Shown: positions 28,907 through 38,739, numbered from the stretch's first letter. The stretch is DNA of 64,000 nucleotides from Candidatus Saccharimonadales bacterium (GCA_041742395.1 JBGSIS010000028.1:31147-95146); one strand, 5' to 3'. The notes: generated from the sequence alone by a model not told the origin. Translations and numbers: made by a program.

Positions 28907-29470
28907 CTATACAGTCATTATTTCTTTTTCTTTTTCCTTGGAAACACTTTCGGCTTCTGATTTAATCTTATTAATGAGCTCTTCTACTTGATCGGATAGC
29001 CTCTTTGCTTCGTCTTCGCCAACTTCCTTGTCCTTTTTCGCCGAATCAATTGCCGCCAATGATTCATGTCTTATATTCCTAATAGATATCATACAATCTT
29101 CATGTTTTACGCCGACTTGCTTGGAAATATCTCTTCTTCTTTCCTCTGTTAATGGAGGTATTGGAACTCTAACTACATGCCCATCGTCCATTGGATTTAA
29201 TCCTAGTGACTGATTATTCCTAATTGCGTCAGAGATAGGCTGGATGTTACCTGGGTCAAACGGTGTAATCTGAATTAATGTTGCGTCTGGTGCGGTGACA
29301 TTGCCTACCTGGTTAAGAGGCATCTGAGTGCCATAGGCCTCGACAAATACACTGTCCAACATACCTGGGTGTGCTCTTCCGGTCCTTAACTTCTTTAGCT
29401 CTTCCTTAAAATGGTCGAGTGCACTATTCAACTTCAACTTAGTATCTTCAATTAATTGGCTTGGACTCAC
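28907..29470 (-). CDS. frr: ribosome recycling factor
   Basis: 187 aa. Typical RRF sequence (LRTGRAHPGMLD..., IPPLTEERRRD). Confidence 0.95.
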   Translation of the reverse strand: MSPSQLIEDTKLKLNSALDHFKEELKKLRTGRAHPGMLDSVFVEAYGTQMPLNQVGNVTAPDATLIQITPFDPGNIQPISDAIRNNQSLGLNPMDDGHVVRVPIPPLTEERRRDISKQVGVKHEDCMISIRNIRHESLAAIDSAKKDKEVGEDEAKRLSDQVEELINKIKSEAESVSKEKEKEIMTV

Positions 29471-29528
29471 TTTTACTCCTAAATTTACAACTAACTAAAT
29501 TGTAACAAAATTACTGTTTAAATATAAG

Positions 29529-29975
29529 TTATATATCGTTGACTGACAGGCCTAGAAAAATAAAATACATTAGCCAAGCAATAAAATTAAAAATATATAC
29601 CACTCCTATTACTATCCATACTGTTTTTTTATCCTCTTCCGACCTATACATAGGTTTATTGTCATTGTCGGGTATATTGTTTGGCAAAGCTATGAGTAGC
29701 AAATCAATTAGATACCAAACTCCGCAACCGCCAAAAGTTAACAACTTTAATATTCCCAGACCTGTATAGCCTAAGTAGAATCTATCGACACCAAAATTAC
29801 CTAAAAATAAAGATAGAATTGAAGCTACGGTAAAGTTTTTATCACTGTAGACAATATTTGTATTTTGGCTCTTGGCAGCTAATTCAATATTTTCTTTGTC
29901 TAGCTTAGCACCACAATTTCCGCAAAAGTCTGCGTTGTTGTTTACTGCTTGTTGTCCGCATTTATTACAATACAT
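29529..29975 (-). CDS. zinc-ribbon + TM2-domain membrane protein
   Basis: 148 aa. N-terminal CNKCG..x11..CGNCG, then a TM2-like pair of helices (GNFGVDRFYLG...GGCGVWYLIDL). Confidence 0.75.
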   Translation of the reverse strand: MYCNKCGQQAVNNNADFCGNCGAKLDKENIELAAKSQNTNIVYSDKNFTVASILSLFLGNFGVDRFYLGYTGLGILKLLTFGGCGVWYLIDLLLIALPNNIPDNDNKPMYRSEEDKKTVWIVIGVVYIFNFIAWLMYFIFLGLSVNDI

Positions 29976-30019
29976 ATATTTATTTTTAAATTAACCTAAA
30001 GACAGTATATCCCTAAAGC

Positions 30020-30826
30020 TTAATTTTTTAAAATTAACTTCTCTCCGCAATGTGTACAAAAATCAGTTTTTTGTGAATTAATTTCTCCGCAAACATGGCA
30101 AAAGTTACTTGTTTTATCTGCTAAGCCAACCTGCTTTTCATTCTCTATAAAAAGCAGTTTTTTATCTAGTTTTCTAGCATAAAAATAATATGCAAACATC
30201 GAAGCATTTACAATTATGGCTAAATTATAGGCCAAAAATATCCTCGGAACTCCACCAATAAACAGCAGTAAGTCATAAAGTGCATGAATAAACATCACAG
30301 ATAATAATGCCAAAAATACCTTATGAAGTCCCTTTCTCTCAATCTTTGATTTTGCTAAGTAGTATCCAGCAATCGCAGTTAAAGAGGCATGAAAGTACAA
30401 ATTAAAGCCAACTCTAAATATTGATGTAAACCCTCCAAAACCAAGGCCATAATAAAAGTTTTCGACCATACCAAAAAACAATCCAATTAAACCAAAATAA
30501 ATTAATCCGTCAGTGTATTGGTTGAAGTACTTCTTTCGCCAAAGATATATCGCCGCCGGTACAAACTTTACTAATTCTTCAGTAATTCCTACAGAAGCTG
30601 CAATTCTAATTTTCGTGCTTAAGGTCAAGGTCTGTATTTCTTGGACACCAACTTCAATTAATAAACCATTTATTATTAAAGCCAAAATTAACGACAATGT
30701 CCCAAAACCTATCGGAACCCACCAAAGAGCTAATCTTGGCTCATTATTTGATCTGCCGTTACCTAAGAAAATAAAGCAGAAAATTATGGTCATAACAATC
30801 AGTAGCTGAACAGCTATAGCTATCAT
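30020..30826 (-). CDS. PrsW-like intramembrane protease with C-terminal zinc ribbon
   Basis: 268 aa polytopic protein. EELVKF, GMVENFYYG, HASL and HALYD motifs. C-terminal CHVCG..x10..CTHCG. Confidence 0.65.
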   Translation of the reverse strand: MIAIAVQLLIVMTIIFCFIFLGNGRSNNEPRLALWWVPIGFGTLSLILALIINGLLIEVGVQEIQTLTLSTKIRIAASVGITEELVKFVPAAIYLWRKKYFNQYTDGLIYFGLIGLFFGMVENFYYGLGFGGFTSIFRVGFNLYFHASLTAIAGYYLAKSKIERKGLHKVFLALLSVMFIHALYDLLLFIGGVPRIFLAYNLAIIVNASMFAYYFYARKLDKKLLFIENEKQVGLADKTSNFCHVCGEINSQKTDFCTHCGEKLILKN

Positions 30827-30863
30827 GCCAATAAGTATAATCTATATACGACTAATTTGGTTT

Positions 30864-31457
30864 CTAAATTTCGCCTAGTGCCATGCGGTTAAATCGTCTA
30901 ACCACGATATTTTCACCTAATTTTGCGTTGTGTTCTTTGACGTATTCGCCAACTGTAATATCAGGATTCTTGATGAATGGCTGGTCTAATAGACATCTCT
31001 CAGCAAAATGCTTCTTAAGCATACCTTCAACTATGTTATCTATCATGTTTTCTGGCTTGCCTTCACTTTTGGCTTTGTCAGCAAACTCTACCTTTTTAGC
31101 ATCACGAATTTCTTCAGAAATGTCATTAACACTTACGAATTCAGGATTGCTAGCAGCAATATGCATAGAAACATCTTTGACTAAATCCGTGAATATTTCA
31201 TTTCTAGCTACGAAGTCTGTTTCGCAGTTAACTTCTACCAAAACACCTATTCTTCCATCATGATTATAATTTCCGATAACCCCTGCTCTTGCCTCGCGCT
31301 CACCACGCTTTTCAGCCTTGGTTAGGCCTTTTTTTCGCATTGCTTCTAGTGCTTTATCAAAGTCACCCTTTGCATCTTCAAGTGCTGCTTTGGCATCAGT
31401 TAGGCCAACTCCCGTTAGTGATTTAAGTCTTTTTATATCTTCAATATTAATAGCCAT
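30864..31457 (-). CDS. tsf: elongation factor Ts (short form)
   Basis: 197 aa. UBA-like N-terminus (IKRLKSLTGVGLTDAKAAL) and EVNCETDFVA. Confidence 0.93.
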   Translation of the reverse strand: MAINIEDIKRLKSLTGVGLTDAKAALEDAKGDFDKALEAMRKKGLTKAEKRGEREARAGVIGNYNHDGRIGVLVEVNCETDFVARNEIFTDLVKDVSMHIAASNPEFVSVNDISEEIRDAKKVEFADKAKSEGKPENMIDNIVEGMLKKHFAERCLLDQPFIKNPDITVGEYVKEHNAKLGENIVVRRFNRMALGEI

Positions 31458-31502
31458 TTAATTATTCCCTTCTTCCTACTTTTAATGCATTGCTAACTGT
31501 TA

Positions 31503-32252
31503 CTACTTATCCGTTTCGTCTTTGTCTGGTTTTGGTGCAATTTTTTCTGCTTTTTTAGCATATTTAGCCTTGCCTGCATCGATTGCTTGCTTTACATAAT
31601 CAGCAATTAACTTAATAGTCTTAATTGCATCGTCATTTGCAGGAATTGGGTAATTTATATCTGTTGGATCGGCGTTTGTGTCAACAACTCCAACTACTGG
31701 GATACCAAGTTTCTTGGCTTCACGTACAGCGTTGTCTTCATGCATGATATCTACTACAAATACTACACCTGGCTTAGCAGCTATATCTTTAATTCCACCA
31801 TAAATGTGATTCATTTCATCGATTTCTTCTTGGAACCTCTGGACTTCTAGCTTGCTGTATTTGTTAGCAAGTTGTCCTGTTTCCATTTTGTTTTCAAGAT
31901 CTTTTAGATGCTTAATTCTACCACTCATAGTATTTCGGTTAGTAAGCATTCCACCGAGCCATCTTTCTACAACATATGGCATACCGGTTTCTTGTGCCAA
32001 ATCATAAATAACGTCATGGGCTTGTCTCTTTGTTCCTACTAACAAAATCTGTTTTCCGCCAGCAACTTGTTCTTCGATAAAACTAAGAGCATCGTTTAAT
32101 CCCTCAACAGTTTTAGTTAAGTCAATAATATGATTTCCGTCGCGTTTGCTATGGATATAAGGAGCCATTTTTGGGTGCCAACGACTTGTCTTATGGCCAA
32201 AATGCGCACCGGCCTCCAATAATTTTCTAATATCTACTTCTACAGTAGCCAT
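31503..32252 (-). CDS. rpsB: 30S ribosomal protein S2
   Basis: 249 aa. LLEAGAHFGH, RWLGGMLTN. K-rich C-terminal tail. Confidence 0.97.
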   Translation of the reverse strand: MATVEVDIRKLLEAGAHFGHKTSRWHPKMAPYIHSKRDGNHIIDLTKTVEGLNDALSFIEEQVAGGKQILLVGTKRQAHDVIYDLAQETGMPYVVERWLGGMLTNRNTMSGRIKHLKDLENKMETGQLANKYSKLEVQRFQEEIDEMNHIYGGIKDIAAKPGVVFVVDIMHEDNAVREAKKLGIPVVGVVDTNADPTDINYPIPANDDAIKTIKLIADYVKQAIDAGKAKYAKKAEKIAPKPDKDETDK

Positions 32253-32354
32253 ATATTAATCCTTTCTGCTTTGGAGAGTTGTCGCCTTAATAATTCCTAC
32301 ACGGAGATTATCAGGAAGGATTATCAACTCACCTGTTTAATATTTAACTCCGAA

Positions 32355-32383
32355 ATTATAACAGATGAATTAATTTTTTACAA
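32355..32383 (-). promoter_or_regulatory. sigma70-type promoter of rpsB-tsf
   Basis: Minus strand reads TTGTAA (32383-32378), 17 nt, TATAAT (32360-32355), with TGt immediately upstream of the -10 box. Lies about 100 nt upstream of the rpsB ATG. Confidence 0.6.
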
Positions 32384-32402
32384 CAGAGTTTAACAGATTA
32401 AT

Positions 32403-32816
32403 TTATCGGTGCATTTCTTGTTGAGCAATTGGTTTCATAACCATTTGCTGTGGTGGGGTAATTACCTGTCCTGTGGAAGCTCGAAATTCTTCTTCTGATG
32501 GCATAGGGAGTGCGTTAGCGCCAGTATCACTTGGTGGTAAACCTGGAGGTATCGGCCCTCTATCTCCGCCAAAATCTCCAGGGTCTTTATTGTCGTCGTT
32601 ATCATTTCTATTAACATCTGGACCATATTTAGCAGCCATTTTGCTTATATCTGGATTAGTAATCTCTATAAAATCTTTTAGTGCATCGGTCTGACTATTA
32701 ACACCATATCTATCTAGTACACTAGGGTCTAATCCATCTGTTTCAGGAGCAAAATCTTCTCTTGCAGTAAATTTAGCGTCTGATTTTATATTTGGGTCAG
32801 TGTTTCCGTCTTCCAT
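32403..32816 (-). CDS. hypothetical acidic Pro/Asp-rich protein (cassette gene 5)
   Basis: 137 aa ORF, 14 nt downstream of the preceding gene. Looks disordered (DNDDNKDPGDFGGDRGPIPPGLPPSD). No motif recognised. Confidence 0.45.
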   Translation of the reverse strand: MEDGNTDPNIKSDAKFTAREDFAPETDGLDPSVLDRYGVNSQTDALKDFIEITNPDISKMAAKYGPDVNRNDNDDNKDPGDFGGDRGPIPPGLPPSDTGANALPMPSEEEFRASTGQVITPPQQMVMKPIAQQEMHR

Positions 32817-32830
32817 TTTGTTTTCCTTTC

Positions 32831-33544
32831 TTATAATCGTATTTCAGTAGCTGGATTCTTTGGTTGTTTATCTGCAACTCTTCTTCCAACTCTTTGAGCA
32901 GTCTTAAGTGCTACTTCAGAAGGTTTATCCTGAGTATGCTTCCAGGTTCGCTCTCTTGGATTTTCACCTTTCTTATCGGTTGAAACCTGAGTAACGGTTA
33001 TTTCTGGGTTTCCGTCTCTGTCAGTACCAACATCAACAGTTCTAGATACGTCTCTTACTTCGCCGTTAACGTCTTCATGAAAAGTAGATTCCAAGTTTTT
33101 TCTACCAACTTTTAGATTTCTACTTCTTAAGACCACTCTGGAAGTCCTATCAACTTGCGCTGATTCCATATCTGGTCTACTACCTAGTATTCCTTTTGCA
33201 GGTGCTGTAAATTCTTTGACTTCTGATAATGATTTGTCAGAAGTTGGTGTACGGTCAAAACTAACTTCATCTTCTGGCGAATAACCATTAGAAACAGTAT
33301 TGAACTGTGTAACCTTAAGCACACCTCTGCCAACTTTTTTAACTTCTTGAGTTGATGCATAATTACCTATTTCGGATTCAATTTTATTGGGGTCACCAGC
33401 TTCAACAACCGTTGCTGCTTCCATGGTTGCACTTAAAGATATTCCATGAAGCTCCTGGGCCACGTCCTGAGCTTGTGCTCTTTCTGCTTCTTGCTTTGCT
33501 TTCATGGCATCAATTTGTTGCTGATCTGGCTGTAATGTTTCCAT
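32831..33544 (-). CDS. hypothetical soluble protein (cassette gene 4)
   Basis: 237 aa ORF with an A-rich leader (CAAAACAAAAAC...ATG). No TM segment and no motif recognised. Confidence 0.5.
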   Translation of the reverse strand: METLQPDQQQIDAMKAKQEAERAQAQDVAQELHGISLSATMEAATVVEAGDPNKIESEIGNYASTQEVKKVGRGVLKVTQFNTVSNGYSPEDEVSFDRTPTSDKSLSEVKEFTAPAKGILGSRPDMESAQVDRTSRVVLRSRNLKVGRKNLESTFHEDVNGEVRDVSRTVDVGTDRDGNPEITVTQVSTDKKGENPRERTWKHTQDKPSEVALKTAQRVGRRVADKQPKNPATEIRL

Positions 33545-33640
33545 TTTGTTTTTTCCTTATTTTGATGTTTTTGTTTTGATTAATTACTTAACACATCGTA
33601 GCACATTTTATCGTTTTAGTCAATCTTTTTAAGCTAATGC

Positions 33641-35746
33641 TTAGCTTTTTCTTTCTAAAATTCCCTGCCGAATTTGGTCTTTTACGATATCTACTAATGT
33701 ATCTGGTAAGTCGGTTACGCCATTAATTTGCTTGCCAGTTGGCGCGTATAGAGATGTCGCAGCTGAGCTATCTATGCCAACACCAATAACCACCACGCCT
33801 TCCTGACGAAGCTCTTCTACTACTTTTCTGGCACGAGTAGAGTTACTGCTACCACCGTCAGTCACCATTACAACTATTTTTTTGCGTCTCTTGCTTTCAA
33901 TATCTGTTTTTTCTCTGACTTCTTCTAGTATTGTCTCTAGAGCGAGGTAATCTTCAGTAGCCCGGCCATCAGCATTTTGGGCCCGTTGGTATATGTGCAT
34001 TCTTTCAGATTCGTCTAGCATTTCTCCATTCGGTTTTAACGTCTCGGCGCCCTCACCAAACACCAACACGCTAGTAGCTACGTCCAACCCCAGCTCTATA
34101 CCATGCTCTTTTTGAGCTTCTATAACTTTTTGATGGCAACTTGCCAAACCTTCAACCAAGACAACAGCGGACTCGGTCGCAACAACTGATTTCTGGCCAC
34201 CCATAGATCCGCTGACATCTATTCCTAGGTAGAAATCAAAGCCTCCACTATCCGGCACTCGCTCAGTACTAATTTCGGTTTCTTGATAAACAGCACCTTC
34301 ATCACGCCCCGAACGTATCGCCATATAGGCATCAACCATTTGGTCTGGGTTGATTGTTCCTTCATCTTGATAACGCTTCGTCTTAGTATCAATAGTCAAT
34401 CTATCACTAATAATTTGTTCATAAAATTCTTCTATGTTTTCAATTAATGGCCATAACCTGTCCAAATCTCTTCTGTATGCTTGTATTACTTCATAGGGTG
34501 CTCCAGCAGTAATTTCTAATGCACGTATAACTTCTTGGCTAGGTGGCACGCCACCTTTTTCGCTACTGCCACCTTTTGATTTGTCGTTTTGATTTGAATC
34601 TGATTGTTCTTTAGATTCGTCTTGTTCTGGGTCTACAGTTGCATTACCGTTTTCTATTTGATCTTTGATGAATTCCTCAACTTCTTTGTGCTGTTCTTCT
34701 GTTAGGACTTCTGGGTGACTATTCCAGTAGTCTTCATAATTTTCAGAAAATTCATCACCGGCCTTTGACTTATCGACGTCTCCACGACCATGACTATGTT
34801 TATGCTCACCGTCAGATCCACCTCCTCCACCACCGTTCTGCTGTTCTTGCTGATCACCTTCTTGTCCAGCTCCACTACTTTGTCCAGAATTCTGTTGTTC
34901 AACTTCTGAATTATTCTGACTTTCGCCTGATTGATTTTGGCCACTTTCGCCTTCTTGGTTTTGACCTTGTGACTGACCAGAATCTGATTGGTTACCTTGC
35001 TTGCCTTGGTTGTTTTGGTTGTTTTGTTCGGATTTTTTTTGCTCATCACGATCTTGTATGTCTTTCTCTAATAGTCGTTCATATACTGGCCAGACTACTT
35101 TTTGTAAAATCTTCCAGCGCTTTTTTTCTGGAATATTTGGATTACAGACGTATTCCAAGGCATCTTCTTTCTTAATATGGCCGTAATTACGTAGTTCATC
35201 CATTGCATACATTACTTCGTCCGAAATAACAGTATCTCCCTCGCCTATCATGCTTTCACGAATTAGACCGTATAAAAATTGTAAGTGTCTTGGCTCTTTG
35301 GTTAAATCGGCTTCTTCAAATAATTTATTCTCATAAACATCCTTGGCAACGTCGGCCATAGTAGGCAAAAGCTGATGCATCCTTCTATTACCGGCAATGT
35401 CTTCAAATATGTTGGCAAATACAGCATATTCTTGACCTTGTTTGTAGAACTCAGTTACTTCCTCAGCATGTTTTGGGTCCAACACCATTCCGCGTAAGTG
35501 AGCTGCTAGCTCGTGCATCAAACCATAGGTGCACCACTCTGGCTTATAATCTTGCTCAATAAAAAACGACGGATCTACAGTTACGTCACCATTTTCCATA
35601 CTGGTTGCAAATCCAGGACCAACTTTAATATTTACTCCCCTAATGCCCGTTAACGACTGAATGAGTAGCTGGTTTCCAATAATAAAATTACCGGCTTGCT
35701 CGAGGGCCTGCTGTCTTATTGCTTGGATATCTTGTTCTTGTTCCAT
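33641..35746 (-). CDS. vWA/MIDAS-domain protein with metallopeptidase-like N-terminal region and long acidic low-complexity linker (cassette gene 3)
   Basis: 701 aa. MHELAAH (35498-35515), about 180 aa of Q/N/G/S/E-rich linker, C-terminal vWA with MIDAS DVSGSMGG (34205-34219) and VVMVTDGGSSN. Confidence 0.75.
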   Translation of the reverse strand: MEQEQDIQAIRQQALEQAGNFIIGNQLLIQSLTGIRGVNIKVGPGFATSMENGDVTVDPSFFIEQDYKPEWCTYGLMHELAAHLRGMVLDPKHAEEVTEFYKQGQEYAVFANIFEDIAGNRRMHQLLPTMADVAKDVYENKLFEEADLTKEPRHLQFLYGLIRESMIGEGDTVISDEVMYAMDELRNYGHIKKEDALEYVCNPNIPEKKRWKILQKVVWPVYERLLEKDIQDRDEQKKSEQNNQNNQGKQGNQSDSGQSQGQNQEGESGQNQSGESQNNSEVEQQNSGQSSGAGQEGDQQEQQNGGGGGGSDGEHKHSHGRGDVDKSKAGDEFSENYEDYWNSHPEVLTEEQHKEVEEFIKDQIENGNATVDPEQDESKEQSDSNQNDKSKGGSSEKGGVPPSQEVIRALEITAGAPYEVIQAYRRDLDRLWPLIENIEEFYEQIISDRLTIDTKTKRYQDEGTINPDQMVDAYMAIRSGRDEGAVYQETEISTERVPDSGGFDFYLGIDVSGSMGGQKSVVATESAVVLVEGLASCHQKVIEAQKEHGIELGLDVATSVLVFGEGAETLKPNGEMLDESERMHIYQRAQNADGRATEDYLALETILEEVREKTDIESKRRKKIVVMVTDGGSSNSTRARKVVEELRQEGVVVIGVGIDSSAATSLYAPTGKQINGVTDLPDTLVDIVKDQIRQGILERKS

Positions 35747-35771
35747 GGCTTATAAAATAAATTAAGTGAAG

Positions 35772-36629
35772 TCAAAGTTGCCTATCCATTATGGCGGGAT
35801 CTTTAATATAATTACTAATTTCATCTCTAATTTGAGCAACACTGTATTCTTGTTTGGATTCGTAAACATTCCATTTAGTTAGACGATCTTTGATTGAATT
35901 GACATACGCCTGATTCATTCCTAAAGCACTAAGTACTTGACAAATGTCTTTTACTTTCGGAGTCGAGTTATGTCTTCTGGGATCAGAGTCACTAAGTAAC
36001 GAAGTGCAGATAGAAGTAACACATTCCCTGCGAGCTTCTGATGTAGATAACCTAAGTGCTAGTACTGCCTTTATATTAATTGATAGATCTGAAGCTAAAA
36101 TAGCAGTAGACTCAGCCCTATCGATTACTCCCATTACTTTTTCCTTAACTTGCTGGACTGGGACAGTACTCAATTTTGCCCTGGCTTTTTCGAAAGCATC
36201 CACTGACACCAAATCGTCAGTATTGGTTTGGGCAAGTATTGACTCAATAGACTGGACCACACTTGACTCTATCTCTGGTAAAACCAAGTCAGCGACTCTT
36301 CCGTCTGAAATTTGACTCAAAGCACTAAGGCTACCTTCTAAATCGCCATCTTTCATTGCCTTTATAGAACTTTGTGCAATTACCGAATTTCTAAATTCTG
36401 GCCGAGCACCAGGATCTACAACCGCTCCATCTCTGCTTCCACCAATTACTGGATCACCATCCGACGTACCATTTAAAGAAGTTGTCAAACCGTTTTCTCC
36501 TGCCACTACACCATCAACAGGTTGTAATGACGGGTCGGAAGATAAGTCATCCAACCCACCAGGAACCGTAACCCCCATATCAAAACCAGCAGCAGCTGCG
36601 ATATCACTGGGATTAATCCTTGAACCCAT
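35772..36629 (-). CDS. hypothetical protein, Gly/Asp-rich N-terminus + helical C-terminus (cassette gene 2)
   Basis: 285 aa ORF sitting 20 nt after the AAA+ gene and 25 nt before the vWA gene. No motif recognised. Confidence 0.5.
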   Translation of the reverse strand: MGSRINPSDIAAAAGFDMGVTVPGGLDDLSSDPSLQPVDGVVAGENGLTTSLNGTSDGDPVIGGSRDGAVVDPGARPEFRNSVIAQSSIKAMKDGDLEGSLSALSQISDGRVADLVLPEIESSVVQSIESILAQTNTDDLVSVDAFEKARAKLSTVPVQQVKEKVMGVIDRAESTAILASDLSINIKAVLALRLSTSEARRECVTSICTSLLSDSDPRRHNSTPKVKDICQVLSALGMNQAYVNSIKDRLTKWNVYESKQEYSVAQIRDEISNYIKDPAIMDRQL

Positions 36630-36649
36630 TTTATTGCTTAGCTTTCATA

Positions 36650-38677
36650 TTAACTAGCCGAACTACTTCCTGAACCAGTAAATGCACTTAAAGTACCCTC
36701 TGGAATCTTTAGATCTCTTTCTCTAACTCCATAAAGCAATCCTCTAGTAGCTAAAACCGTCGAGACTATCTTCCTATCCATTTCTGCAGGCTGCATTGCA
36801 ACCCATCTAGCAAGTTCTTGTGAAAGCGTCGTGCTATCACCACTTATTGTCAGGTTTCTAAGTATTCCCAGCATCCCTCTTGGAGATAAAACTGCCTGTT
36901 CAAGTACTGGCTTACCCTGCTGTCTGCTTCGTGTTAAATGCGCAGAATCCGATACAAAATGTTCATGCCCAACAATTGCAGTTGGATCACTAAACAGCCT
37001 CTGAATCATATGAGCAGCGTTAACAAAGTTGATTAATCGCTTAGTACCCTCTATATTTGGATCACCATTGGTCATTCCTGGTTCTATCATTCCTGGAGGT
37101 ATTCGCACATCACCTCTATCATCGGTAAGTGCTGCAATGGCTAATTGCAAATTCTGTTCAGGGGCTTGCGAACCTGGCTCAATGTCACTATCCGGATAAT
37201 GTATTTCAAATATTCCAGCACCATTGGGCTCAAACCTATCGATTGTTGATAAGTCTAATTTTTCTCTATCATATCTATCCGACCTGAGGTTAGCAGTGAT
37301 CACAATACAAAAACCGGGCTTAACGACAATATCTTGATCCATTCCGAAAGGGCGTACAGTTTGTCCGGTTCGCCAAAGCAAAGCCCCATTACAAGCAGTT
37401 CTAATACGAGCTGACAAAGTATCGTACTCATCCAAAACAACCATCTTGCCTTCCATTGCTGCACGAGTTATTGACCCCGGAGTATCATACGTTTCTGATC
37501 CTTGACCATCAGCACTTGCCCGCATTCCAGTCTTTCCAAAAAGAGCCTGCATAGTAATGTCTGGACCACAATCGACTGTTACGGGTTCGGAGTCTAAATA
37601 TTCTCTAGATATATGTCTGGCTAGACTAGATTTAGCTCCTCCGACTTCACCAAAAAATGCCGCTGGCAAACCTTCGGCTAATCTTGGCAAAACAACATCA
37701 ATAATCTTTTTCATTGGCTCAGTTTCTACAAATCCGTTTCTTAGTGCTTCTGCGCGTTTTACAACCAGGCGTCTTTCTACTTCTTGTTGAACTCCAGCAT
37801 TCGTAATAGCTACATTTGCTCGTAAATTACTGCGTTCAATTTGTTCACCGTATCTTGCTATCATTTTTTCTTCGACACTACTAAGTGACCTACCGTGCAA
37901 GTGAGCATTTACACGTATGTTTGATATTTTTTTGGCTGCTGTTTCAGCTTCGCGTCGACAGTAACCATAGACTCCAGCGTTATGCATGACTACATACTGT
38001 TCTGGTTTTATTTTTGCGTAAGCATCTAGTACTGCCGTGTCTTCAATAATATCCTCTTGTTTATCATGAAGTGCTCTGAGATATTCAACGTGTTCGCGCA
38101 CAATCTCTGATTGTGCCGATATGAACTTTTCATATTTTTCTTGCTCTTCTGGCGAAGAATCCTTTGGGAAATATTCTTCCCATTTAGGTCTTGATTCTGA
38201 AGCAGCTTTTCTGGCTTCACGTTTTTGCATAATAGATTCCACACCTTCTAGTTTGTTTTCAGGTATGGGGTCGATTAATTGTTCCTCACCATCTACCATT
38301 TCACTGCTAGCAATATTGCCAAGTTTTGATTTTCGACTTCTTTCTGGAGCCATAACATCAATGTCGGATTGTTCATACCAAATTTCTGCCAAAGATCTTT
38401 TGGTTTCTTGTATTTCAGCCATAACATCTATGAGTGGTTCGGCTAGTTCTGTATTGTTCTTTAACTCATCTGCCTTTTGCTCTAGAGTTACGCCACGTTC
38501 TGGCGGTACTTCGACACGCCAAGTATCATTGGCGTCCTCTGAACCTATTGGTACTCTTGGGTCTTCGACGTAAAGAACGCCATTATCTTGAAGTTGGCCT
38601 TCTGTTAATGGATTTGTTATTGTGTCTGACATTTGTAGCTCATTTTTATTTAGTTTTTTTATTTTTAATGTCTTCAT
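36650..38677 (-). CDS. AAA+ ATPase, MoxR/AAA_5-like, with about 330-aa acidic N-terminal extension (cassette gene 1)
   Basis: Walker A variant FFGEVGGAKS (37628-37651), Walker B MVVLDEYD (DE at 37427-37432), sensor-1 VITAN, STIDRF arginine. The start is uncertain: ATG 38677 (abuts a -10 box) or ATG 38632. The track's 38755 start encodes an implausible hydrophobic N-terminus that overlaps the promoter region. Confidence 0.75.
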   Translation of the reverse strand: MKTLKIKKLNKNELQMSDTITNPLTEGQLQDNGVLYVEDPRVPIGSEDANDTWRVEVPPERGVTLEQKADELKNNTELAEPLIDVMAEIQETKRSLAEIWYEQSDIDVMAPERSRKSKLGNIASSEMVDGEEQLIDPIPENKLEGVESIMQKREARKAASESRPKWEEYFPKDSSPEEQEKYEKFISAQSEIVREHVEYLRALHDKQEDIIEDTAVLDAYAKIKPEQYVVMHNAGVYGYCRREAETAAKKISNIRVNAHLHGRSLSSVEEKMIARYGEQIERSNLRANVAITNAGVQQEVERRLVVKRAEALRNGFVETEPMKKIIDVVLPRLAEGLPAAFFGEVGGAKSSLARHISREYLDSEPVTVDCGPDITMQALFGKTGMRASADGQGSETYDTPGSITRAAMEGKMVVLDEYDTLSARIRTACNGALLWRTGQTVRPFGMDQDIVVKPGFCIVITANLRSDRYDREKLDLSTIDRFEPNGAGIFEIHYPDSDIEPGSQAPEQNLQLAIAALTDDRGDVRIPPGMIEPGMTNGDPNIEGTKRLINFVNAAHMIQRLFSDPTAIVGHEHFVSDSAHLTRSRQQGKPVLEQAVLSPRGMLGILRNLTISGDSTTLSQELARWVAMQPAEMDRKIVSTVLATRGLLYGVRERDLKIPEGTLSAFTGSGSSSAS

Positions 38678-38682
38678 AGAAC

Positions 38683-38691
38683 ATATTACCA
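38683..38691 (-). promoter_or_regulatory. extended -10 element (TGgTAATAT), 5 nt upstream of ATG 38677
   Basis: Minus strand reads TGGTAATAT-gttct-ATG. No Shine-Dalgarno sequence, and no good -35 box found. Confidence 0.3.
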
Positions 38692-38725
38692 CTTTGATCC
38701 ACAAAAAAACAAGCAAATTACCCCC

Positions 38726-38739
38726 TTGGTGGTTTATTA
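38726..38739 (+). repeat. 14-nt direct repeat TTGGTGGTTTATTA, copy 1 (upstream of rpmE)
   Basis: Exact match to 39217-39230. Part of a hairpin, GGTGGTTT (38728-38735) with AAACCACC (38755-38762). Confidence 0.8.

Noticed and set aside
34702-35049. 115-aa same-strand alternative-frame ORF (K-rich) inside the vWA gene's low-complexity linker
   Set aside because: It lies entirely within the CAA/GAA/GGN-rich linker, where any frame stays open. It has no independent SD or promoter. Its K-rich product is the trivial frame-shifted reading of Q/E/N codons.
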